IMG/VR virus record: IMGVR_UViG_3300030329_002238
Direction: 5' to 3' (one strand)
Length of the DNA: 64,000 bases
DNA from: an uncultured virus (IMG/VR IMGVR_UViG_3300030329_002238)
Lineage: Duplodnaviria; Heunggongvirae; Uroviricota; Caudoviricetes
In this document: piece by piece, positions 18,033 through 25,409 of the stretch
Position numbering within the stretch: the stretch's first letter is position 1
Layout of the letters: each line of letters opens with the position of its first letter
Program-made: the position numbers and the translations under genes
The notes under the pieces: generated by a model
The model's input: only the letters and a program-made list of their open reading frames with translations
Told to the model about the DNA's origin: nothing
The model's database searches: none

Positions 18033-18263
18033 ATGAAAGGAGACCCAGTTAATAACCCCCTACATTACAACCAGGGGCTCATAGAGTGTATAGACGCTAT
18101 ACGAGCCATGCTTAGTCATGAAGAATTTATAGGGTATTTACGTGGCAATTCATTAAAATATCGTTGGCGTTTTCGTTATAAAAATGGTGTGCAGGACCTA
18201 GAAAAAGCTGAATGGTATGAGAAACGTTTAAAAGAAGAGTTAAATAAATTAGACAAACACTAG
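18033..18263 (+). CDS. DUF3310 (T7 gp1.7-like) protein
   Basis: DPVNNPLHY..G.IECID...GNSLKYRWR..KNG.QDLEKAEWY. Confidence 0.9.
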   Translation: MKGDPVNNPLHYNQGLIECIDAIRAMLSHEEFIGYLRGNSLKYRWRFRYKNGVQDLEKAEWYEKRLKEELNKLDKH

Positions 18264-18319
18264 AAAAAGTGTAATATTATCAAAGCTATAGGCACGAAAA
18301 ACTGAAAATTGGAGGTTTT

Positions 18320-18583
18320 ATGTGTAGATTAGCGCAATTAAAAGGTGAACCTGAGAGCTTAGCAGGTAACCCATGCATAGGCTGGTGTACTACCAGACAA
18401 TTCGGAGATGAGCGTTGTAAGGGCTGTGGCAGGCTTGAAACAGAGATTCGTCAATGGCAAAAGTATACTAATATAGAAAAGAAACTTATCAACATAAGAA
18501 ATGCTGGGGATGGGTTTACTATAAGACAATGTGTCCCTACTGGTTGGAGACCTACCCCTATAAATGGTACAATACACAAGTGA
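18320..18583 (+). CDS. DUF1289 family Cys-rich protein
   Basis: NPCIGWC...CKGCGR...EI..W; GGAGG RBS. Confidence 0.8.
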   Translation: MCRLAQLKGEPESLAGNPCIGWCTTRQFGDERCKGCGRLETEIRQWQKYTNIEKKLINIRNAGDGFTIRQCVPTGWRPTPINGTIHK

Positions 18584-18641
18584 AACCGAGCATTAGTTGA
18601 ATGACGATCTAATGCAAATTATCAAAAGAACGAGGAAAAAA

Positions 18642-18866
18642 TTGAAAAAATTAGTACTAGTTTTCTTACCTTTTTTAATTCTTGGTGGTTGTACGACTCT
18701 GTCAACAACCATAGACTCTGGTAAAGCTATAGGTAATGCTGCCGTTGATGACACTGTAAGTGTTGGTCAAACAGCTATATCTATACCTGTTAACGCAGTA
18801 AAAACTATAGTCGACAAAGTTGACGAAGAAGTAAATAAGAAACCATCAACTGAAGATAATAAATAA
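18642..18866 (+). CDS. Small lipoprotein
   Basis: TTG start after GAGG; MKKLVLVFLPFLILGG-C lipobox. Confidence 0.75.
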   Translation: MKKLVLVFLPFLILGGCTTLSTTIDSGKAIGNAAVDDTVSVGQTAISIPVNAVKTIVDKVDEEVNKKPSTEDNK

Positions 18867-18902
18867 TAGTCCAATAAAAAGACCATTACTTATTATTAAA
18901 GG

Positions 18903-18939
18903 AAAAAAAGGGCCTGATACATGATGCATCAGGCCCTTT
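18903..18939. terminator. Probably bidirectional terminator between convergent early and late transcription
   Basis: A-run, AAAGGGCCTGAT...ATCAGGCCCTTT inverted repeat. Confidence 0.85.
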
Positions 18940-18964
18940 AGTTTCTCATGGGAGGGAGAAATTC

Positions 18965-19375
18965 TTATGATACGTAAACCCACATTTCTAGAGTACCAGT
19001 TGCAACATCACTGCCTGGAGCAACTTCACAAATGATGTCAATTGTGTCATCAGAAGTGTAAGCAACAGGAGCAACATCAGCATCCATCTCATCAGCAGTT
19101 CCACCTTGTCCACATGTTGAAGCAGCGATGTACTTATCAGTATCTCCGCCATCACCAACACCAAAGACTAGGGCTGTTCCGCCGTCTAGGTCACTAGATT
19201 TAATTTTTACATCATGAACTGTTTCACCAGAAAATACGTCTACCATTTGGTAAACATCATTAGCATTAGGTGCTGCAGTTACTGAGTATTTAGCGTATCT
19301 TACGCCTAAGTTGCCATCTGGAAAAGGCTTAAAAGCCTGGTTCCCGTCAACTTGATCAGAAGTAAATGTAGCCAT
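18965..19375 (-). CDS. Probable capsid decoration/minor head protein
   Basis: Small beta-rich acidic protein (DLDGGTAL..GVGDGGDTDKY); TAAGGA RBS. Confidence 0.55.
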   Translation of the reverse strand: MATFTSDQVDGNQAFKPFPDGNLGVRYAKYSVTAAPNANDVYQMVDVFSGETVHDVKIKSSDLDGGTALVFGVGDGGDTDKYIAASTCGQGGTADEMDADVAPVAYTSDDTIDIICEVAPGSDVATGTLEMWVYVS

Positions 19376-19425
19376 TTTTATTCCTTATAATATAATTAAA
19401 CAAATGTACTTATGTACAAATATTT

Positions 19426-19453
19426 AACATAATGCCTTTTTAGCATATGTCAA
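19426..19453 (-). promoter_or_regulatory. Putative sigma70 promoter for 18965..19375
   Basis: TTGACA-16 nt-TATGTT on the - strand. Confidence 0.4.
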
Positions 19454-19472
19454 CATATTACGGAGAATAAAT

Positions 19473-19661
19473 TTGTCTACTTATGTATATGTAAAACGAA
19501 GTAAAGTTCGTTACAACTATAAGAATCCTAGAAACGTAGAGTTTAAAAGAGTCCCTATGGCTACAGCCTTTAATATGTGTCACCGAAAAGATGTTGGGTG
19601 GGAACGTGCAAAAAAAGGTGAATATGAAGAGTGGTTAAAAGCTATTAAAAAGAATCGTTAA
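19473..19661 (+). CDS. Small basic hypothetical protein
   Basis: GGAG RBS with TTG start; opposite orientation to neighbours. Confidence 0.55.
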   Translation: MSTYVYVKRSKVRYNYKNPRNVEFKRVPMATAFNMCHRKDVGWERAKKGEYEEWLKAIKKNR

Positions 19662-19804
19662 AGATATAAAGTCGCTTCTGAAAGAGCAATTAACAAAGGA
19701 AACATTCCTATAGTTGATACCATTATTATTATTCCTTTACACAGCTCCATCACGCTGCGCATTATATAGATATTGATTTTATTTATCAATATCTATAAGT
19801 GACA

Positions 19805-19975
19805 TTAATGTGTTTTTTCTAAATATTTTTTAACTTTATCTTCTACAGCGTGTGCAATCCACATGTAAGTAGGTCCAGTGTATGTCCACGCTTCATTAGT
19901 TGAAGTTTTAGGATCATCCTTTACATACCTTCCAGTTTTTGTACGCGCTCTTTTCTTTACTGTTTTAGTTGTCAT
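19805..19975 (-). CDS. Small basic protein (56 aa, not in ORF track)
   Basis: MTTKTVKKRARTKTGRYVKDDPKTSTNEAW...; RAR...G....DDP.T..NEAW pattern recalled from marine phages. Confidence 0.65.
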   Translation of the reverse strand: MTTKTVKKRARTKTGRYVKDDPKTSTNEAWTYTGPTYMWIAHAVEDKVKKYLEKTH

Positions 19976-20487
19976 AACAAACTATCTCCTGGTTGCCAAC
20001 TACAAGCAGTAAGCCCACCGGCTTTCAATGCTTGTAAAGTTCTAATTATCTCGTCAATATTTCTCCCTGTATCTAAAGCATTAACTGATATATGTTGTAT
20101 AGTATTGTCTGGGTCTACAATAAAAGTAGCCCTAAAACAAACACCATTTTCATCATCAACAATACCTAATTCATTAGATAGAAATAATCCTGTATCAGCA
20201 GCTAAAGGGTGGGCGATATGTTTTATCTGCTCATTAGTCTGTTTCCAGTTTAATTTACAGAATTCATTATCACCACTAAACCCAACTACTTCCACACCCT
20301 CAACTTCATCTCCTATTCTATCCATTTGTTCAATTTCAGTAGGACATATAAATGTAAAATCTTTTGGGTAAAAATAGAACACTGACCATTTATCTAAATA
20401 AGCAGATGAGTCTATAGTTTTTATGGTATTAGAATCGTCAACCCCTTCAAGTTTGAATAAGGGGAATTTTTCATTTATTTGTATCAT
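19972..20487 (-). CDS. ahpC: 2-Cys peroxiredoxin (AhpC/TSA)
   Basis: FYFYPKDFTFICPTEI, FRATFIVDP, GRNIDEIIR, resolving Cys in ACSWQPG. Confidence 0.95.
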   Translation of the reverse strand: MIQINEKFPLFKLEGVDDSNTIKTIDSSAYLDKWSVFYFYPKDFTFICPTEIEQMDRIGDEVEGVEVVGFSGDNEFCKLNWKQTNEQIKHIAHPLAADTGLFLSNELGIVDDENGVCFRATFIVDPDNTIQHISVNALDTGRNIDEIIRTLQALKAGGLTACSWQPGDSLL

Positions 20488-20495
20488 ATTTACTC

Positions 20496-20765
20496 CTATG
20501 TATATTTTTTACCCGCGTTTTTATTCCTAGCAAAAGATCTGTTACTACTCTTACTACGTGCCATAAGATTGCCAGCACTATTATTACGAGGATTGCCATC
20601 AACGTGGTGTATATCTTTACCGTCTCCTTTAGATACTTTACCTGTTCTCTCAGCATCTCTCCTAGCCTTATTCCTTCCAGCCCTATTCTTTTTTTGCTTA
20701 GATTTTGAATGGTAATTGGCATATTCTTGTGCATAATCCCTTTTATAATTCTTACTACTAGGCAT
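20496..20765 (-). CDS. HNH endonuclease-like protein
   Basis: GDGKDIHHVDGNPRNNSAGNL. Confidence 0.8.
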   Translation of the reverse strand: MPSSKNYKRDYAQEYANYHSKSKQKKNRAGRNKARRDAERTGKVSKGDGKDIHHVDGNPRNNSAGNLMARSKSSNRSFARNKNAGKKYT

Positions 20766-20859
20766 AATGTACAATTAAAGTAAGTAACAGAGTAACTGCC
20801 AATCCTAATGAAGATATAATAAGGGTTATTATTTTTTGGTTCCTACTCACTATCTACTC

Positions 20860-21234
20860 CTAATCTAGTAATGGGTTCTTATTATCGTTCCTAATTTCGT
20901 AAATTGCGTCTTGTAAATACTCTACCTCTTTTTGTAAGGCAATAATTTTATTGCCTGATTCATTAGAAGTTTCAGCAATAGTTTTTAATGAGGGGTTAAT
21001 ACCACCATCTATACTTTTATTTATATACTCTACTGATTTTTCAATAGCCGCAAACCGTTCTTCAATGGCTTGTTGAGCATTTTTTGTAGCTCCAATACCA
21101 CCTATCTTTGCTTCTAAGTTTTCAAGTCTATTTATGTAAGTGGCCCCTGTATACCCGAAACCAGCCAAAGTACCTACTATACTTACTAAGGCTATTAGTT
21201 GAGTTGTTGTGTTTTTAAACCAATCCATTTTCAC
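20860..21234 (-). CDS. Membrane-anchored coiled-coil protein
   Basis: N-terminal TM segment followed by heptad pattern. Confidence 0.7.
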   Translation of the reverse strand: MKMDWFKNTTTQLIALVSIVGTLAGFGYTGATYINRLENLEAKIGGIGATKNAQQAIEERFAAIEKSVEYINKSIDGGINPSLKTIAETSNESGNKIIALQKEVEYLQDAIYEIRNDNKNPLLD

Positions 21235-21312
21235 TTCCCATTAATAAAATTAAATATAACCAACAAGTACAATAGATTACATAAATAGCTCCATCTATTA
21301 TACGTTCTTTCA

Positions 21313-23505
21313 TTATAAATCTGGTTGTAAGTTTACCATTTCTCCAAGTCTATTCAAGTTAGTTCCTGCTAATTGATAGAATGCTTGTACATTATCTGAC
21401 ATATTAGAATTAGCATATATAGCTTTAGGTTCGTACCAAGTATCTTGTGTAGGCATTTGTACTTCTCTATAAGCATCAAAACCTACTACATATCCTAAAT
21501 AAGCTACTAAAGTTGACTCATCACCATACTGCCCTGTCTCTTGTTGTTCTGTTGCTGCCTGTTCTTGTTGGGCTTCTATATTTTGGGCTACTATTTGTTC
21601 AGCTATTTGGTCTGCCTCACTAGCTGTCATTGTTCCTGATACGGCTGTGTCTATCTCACCTTGCATATCCTGGACCTGAACATCGGCCATAGACACTTGA
21701 GGGGTGTTATCTATATCAGGTAATACACTAACTGTAACAGTAGAGCTGCTACTAGACATATCACTGCCTGAACTCATAGATAACACTTGTTGTGTTTGTG
21801 CAGAAGCAGAAGCGAATTGGTCAGATAAACTCGGAGAGCTTGTTGTACTTACCCCACCCGTTGATGACATGGACGCACCAGACGAACTACTTGTAACCGT
21901 AGAAGCACTAGACCCCCCAGAGTGTATTGAACTATTTCCCCCTACAGAATTTGCACTAGAAGAATAACTATTCCTGGCTGTTTGCATTGTTCCAGCAACA
22001 ACATCTAAAGCAGATATTCTTACTGAACTTCTTTGTTCTCCTACTTCTTCTTCGTTTTCGGCGAAGACTTCTTCGATTTCTTCGGACTCGATTTCTTCTT
22101 CGGTGCTTTCTTCGGCTTCGGCGATACGCTCTTCACGGGTTTCTGTGGCTTCAAAGATTTCATCCAGCTCTTGAACTTCATCCATCTCCTCTTCAAACCA
22201 CTCCTCCAAGTCTTCAATAGACTCGAATTCTTCGATCCTTTCTTCTTCATTTTCTAGTTCCTCTCTAATTATTGTTTCAAATTCAAATATATCAATTAGC
22301 TCATTAGTGTTAATTATATCTAAAACAGCCAAAGGCTCATCAATACGCTCAAATACTATATACTCTTCCTCAATTATATTGAAGTCTGGAAGTGGATCAA
22401 TGTCACCTATACTATATTCTTCAAATAACATTTCTTCTTCCCACTCAAATATGTCATCAACACCAAAAGTTATTAATATTTCTTCATATTCTTCTTCATA
22501 CCCAACGTAGTTAAACTCTTCAAATGGCTCTTCAAACCATTCTTCTTCTATGTAGTAGTCATTATAGTTGGTGTCTTCTTCATACCCATAATCAAATTCT
22601 TCTTCAATGAAATAGGCTACTGAGGCTTCTTGTGTGTAACCAGCACAGAAAGGAGCGTATTGTGGGTCTTCATCACATTGTTGATCATCATATGCTTCCC
22701 AATATAAAGGACATGACTGGCTGTATAATGAATCAAGATTACATTGCTGAGTTAGATAAGCTGCTGCATAACCTGAGCAACTAGCATCGTTCAGGGGGTC
22801 ACTACAGTCCACTGCATTGCCCGATCCCTCCCCATATAGACTGCCACCACCCTCTAGAGCGGTGTTACTAGCTGTACCATTCCAATTTGTGTTTACACAT
22901 GTACCAGCAACATTAGTTGTACCTGTATTACATTCATCGTGAAAAAGGTACGTATAGATCTCTGTCGCACTTCCTTGTTCTCCTATTAGTACATCGTGGT
23001 TAGTTATATTTAACCCCCCATATCTATATTCAAAAGTATCGTTGGGCCATAGTATTACTTCAAAACTATTGTCAGTATTATTACGACCATATTCCTTCAT
23101 GTTGTACCAACCAAAAACAGCCTTGTCCGTAAAGTTTTTAGCTAGCATCTTTGAACCGCCGTCCCTAATTAGATCAGTATAAAAAGGATATAGGGTATAA
23201 GTGGTATGGGGCAGTGGGTCGGGTGTGTAATCACCACAATAGTTATTATAGCTTACATTCCCTGTCCCTAAGCCAAAGTGAAGACAACCATTTGTAGCCA
23301 TTCTGGCAGAAGTAAAGTCTTCACCATATAAAGTAAACGTAAAGTCTAAATTAAAAGCACCTGATAATTGGTCATCACCAGTATTAAAATTCGTAGTACC
23401 TGTAAGGTTAGTTAAATTAAAAAGGTCTTGGTCAGCTTCGTATATATAAGCAGAACTTAAAAAACTACTTAATAAAAGTAAACTAGTAGTTATTAAACTC
23501 TTCAT
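21313..23505 (-). CDS. Secreted protein: NIDO-like domain, Cys-rich, Glu-rich and Ser-rich segments
   Basis: Signal peptide; LDFTFTLYG...ATNG...YPFYTDL...NSFEVILW resembles NIDO. Confidence 0.7.
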   Translation of the reverse strand: MKSLITTSLLLLSSFLSSAYIYEADQDLFNLTNLTGTTNFNTGDDQLSGAFNLDFTFTLYGEDFTSARMATNGCLHFGLGTGNVSYNNYCGDYTPDPLPHTTYTLYPFYTDLIRDGGSKMLAKNFTDKAVFGWYNMKEYGRNNTDNSFEVILWPNDTFEYRYGGLNITNHDVLIGEQGSATEIYTYLFHDECNTGTTNVAGTCVNTNWNGTASNTALEGGGSLYGEGSGNAVDCSDPLNDASCSGYAAAYLTQQCNLDSLYSQSCPLYWEAYDDQQCDEDPQYAPFCAGYTQEASVAYFIEEEFDYGYEEDTNYNDYYIEEEWFEEPFEEFNYVGYEEEYEEILITFGVDDIFEWEEEMLFEEYSIGDIDPLPDFNIIEEEYIVFERIDEPLAVLDIINTNELIDIFEFETIIREELENEEERIEEFESIEDLEEWFEEEMDEVQELDEIFEATETREERIAEAEESTEEEIESEEIEEVFAENEEEVGEQRSSVRISALDVVAGTMQTARNSYSSSANSVGGNSSIHSGGSSASTVTSSSSGASMSSTGGVSTTSSPSLSDQFASASAQTQQVLSMSSGSDMSSSSSTVTVSVLPDIDNTPQVSMADVQVQDMQGEIDTAVSGTMTASEADQIAEQIVAQNIEAQQEQAATEQQETGQYGDESTLVAYLGYVVGFDAYREVQMPTQDTWYEPKAIYANSNMSDNVQAFYQLAGTNLNRLGEMVNLQPDL

Positions 23506-24547
23506 TACAGGTGCGCTTTGACTTCCATTTTCCGCTTTCTCCCCTAGTGTTTTTACACTGTTTCATGAACTCCTTTTTATATTGTTTAGCATCTGGTCTT
23601 TTAGAAGGGTTCTCTTTCCAATATTTACTAGCCTCTTTACCTATCTTTCCATACGCTGGACACGGAGTGCCTGCCATTTCCATAGCTTGAAAAACACGGG
23701 AATCCTGGCAAAGAATACCTACTGAAGCCACTTTCATACCTGTGTCGTATAAATACTTAGAAAGTTTTAACCTTTCACAGTTCTCATCTCTTACTGTTCT
23801 ACCTGTTGAGATACCAAAGACCTGACCTTGAAATGCTCCTGATCTACCAACAGTACAAAGATCTTGGCTATAACTCATAATAGAAGGAGCTATAGCAGAG
23901 GCGGGAGGGGCTTTACTTGTTATCTCCTGTTTGATTGTCTGAGTAGAGTTGCTTTGATTAATATTCCTGTTCGTGTTGTCAGACGTAGTATTACTTTCAT
24001 TAATATTAGTATTTTTATTATCAGTAGTTACATTTGACTCAGATGTGGACTGGTTAATGTTTGTATTGTTATTTGTATTGTTGTTTGTATTCGTATTGTT
24101 GGACGTACTTGTGGATGTGTTAGTGTTGTTTGTAGTACTTGTGTTAGTAACATTCTGATTAACACTTGAGTTTACTGTACTTGTAGACGTAGAAACATTT
24201 GTGTTTGTGTTGCTGTTGGTATTAGTAGCCGTACTAGTACTATTATTAGTATTTACATTGGTATTACTATTGGTATTAGTATTTGTATTCGTATTTGTAT
24301 TAGTATTGGTATTAGTATTTGTACTCGTATTTGTATTCGTATTTGTATTAGTATTTGTGTTGGTATTAGTATTTGTGTTGGTATTAGTATTGTTAGTAGT
24401 TGTAGTGTTAGTTGTTTCTAAACTATTCTGCTCACAATACTGCTCCCCAGCTGTACAGTCACCTGTTTGATCCGCTAACGCGGTTGTTGATAGAACTCCT
24501 ATTACCCCTAGTAGAATCCATCTACCTACGGGGGTAATATTTTTCAC
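23483..24547 (-). CDS. Secreted Asn/Thr-repeat protein with Cys-containing C-terminal domain
   Basis: Signal peptide ending ALA; long (NT)n tract; PPASAIAP...DLC...DENCERLK...GTPCP. Confidence 0.8.
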   Translation of the reverse strand: MKNITPVGRWILLGVIGVLSTTALADQTGDCTAGEQYCEQNSLETTNTTTTNNTNTNTNTNTNTNTNTNTNTNTSTNTNTNTNTNTNTNTNTNSNTNVNTNNSTSTATNTNSNTNTNVSTSTSTVNSSVNQNVTNTSTTNNTNTSTSTSNNTNTNNNTNNNTNINQSTSESNVTTDNKNTNINESNTTSDNTNRNINQSNSTQTIKQEITSKAPPASAIAPSIMSYSQDLCTVGRSGAFQGQVFGISTGRTVRDENCERLKLSKYLYDTGMKVASVGILCQDSRVFQAMEMAGTPCPAYGKIGKEASKYWKENPSKRPDAKQYKKEFMKQCKNTRGESGKWKSKRTCNEEFNNY

Positions 24548-24634
24548 TTACTTCTTCTTTTTACTTTTACTTTTTTTATTTTTAACTGGGGGTCTTCCTC
24601 GTTTCTTCCCATATGTTCCTTTACCGTATGGCAT
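24548..24634 (-). CDS. 28-aa basic peptide with AT-hook-like motif (not in ORF track)
   Basis: MPYGKGTYGKKRGRPPVKNKKSKSKKKK; GAGG RBS. Confidence 0.7.
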   Translation of the reverse strand: MPYGKGTYGKKRGRPPVKNKKSKSKKKK

Positions 24635-24635
24635 A

Positions 24636-24785
24636 TTACTTCCTCTTTTTACCTGACTTCATTATACCTAGAATAGATAGAGCTTTAATATAGCTTTTTA
24701 TCTTATCAAAAGTAGTCGGGGCATAAGTTTTAAGTAAAAAACCAGCTACTACTAATACAATTATTATAATAATTAATGTTTCCAT
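24636..24785 (-). CDS. Small membrane protein (49 aa, not in ORF track)
   Basis: METLIIIIIVLVVAGFLLK...; tightly packed with neighbours. Confidence 0.6.
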   Translation of the reverse strand: METLIIIIIVLVVAGFLLKTYAPTTFDKIKSYIKALSILGIMKSGKKRK

Positions 24786-24947
24786 TTATTTACCTTGTCC
24801 TCGATAGCGCTTACGCGTATCTTTTTTATTACTACCAGCACCAAAACTAAACCTACTATTTCCTATACTAGTCCGTTTGGTACGACTATTTTGTTTACGT
24901 TCATCATTATACAAATTTTTATTGAAAATTGCTCTAGTCTTCTTCAT
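24786..24947 (-). CDS. Small basic protein ending RKRYRGQGK (not in ORF track)
   Basis: Manual translation; TSIG...YRGQG pattern recalled from marine phage late regions. Confidence 0.65.
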   Translation of the reverse strand: MKKTRAIFNKNLYNDERKQNSRTKRTSIGNSRFSFGAGSNKKDTRKRYRGQGK

Positions 24948-25092
24948 CTATTGCCTCATAAGCTTGTTCCATAAGCTTTTCATACAATACCCTAAAATTC
25001 TCTCTATTACAAAACGGCATGTCATTTCTTACTTGTAGTAAACAGTATTCTCTATATGCTTGGTCAAGTTGTGACTCTAAATACAAAATCAT
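24934..25092 (-). CDS. Small hypothetical protein (52 aa, not in ORF track)
   Basis: MILYLESQLDQAYREYC...; ATGA overlap with the upstream gene. Confidence 0.6.
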   Translation of the reverse strand: MILYLESQLDQAYREYCLLQVRNDMPFCNRENFRVLYEKLMEQAYEAIDEED

Positions 25093-25409
25093 TCTTTAGG
25101 ATATTTATTTTTTATCTCCGTTATTTTATCTTTCCAAGTTGTAGTACCGTTAACTTGGTCTTTATACATCATATCTAATTGGTCTCTCCAATGGGGATAT
25201 TCATTTAATCTTTTTTTATTATACTCTAATGTTTTAGCAACCCCTTTTCTATACAAAACCCCATCCTCTTCTACTATAGTTATAGTTTGAGGAACAGTAG
25301 GATCTATATCTTTGTCATGTACCTGTCTCCAATTATCTCCAGGACCTTTAGCTTCATACACTGCATTCCCTACTACTTTATTATCTACCCACTGTACCCA
25401 TTTAGCCAT
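25089..25409 (-). CDS. Tail fibre assembly-like protein
   Basis: Y...R..EYP...DQLDM.Y.D......W...I..IK.KYPK pattern; follows a tail gene. Confidence 0.6.
   Translation of the reverse strand: MAKWVQWVDNKVVGNAVYEAKGPGDNWRQVHDKDIDPTVPQTITIVEEDGVLYRKGVAKTLEYNKKRLNEYPHWRDQLDMMYKDQVNGTTTWKDKITEIKNKYPKE

Noticed and set aside
22041..22250. Histone-like Lys/SPKK-rich alternative-frame ORF
   Set aside because: It is the expected frame-shift shadow of a GAA-rich Glu tract in the 730-aa gene, with no independent support.
23973..24470. Val/Leu-rich plus-strand ORFs resembling membrane proteins
   Set aside because: They are antisense shadows of the Asn-Thr repeat.
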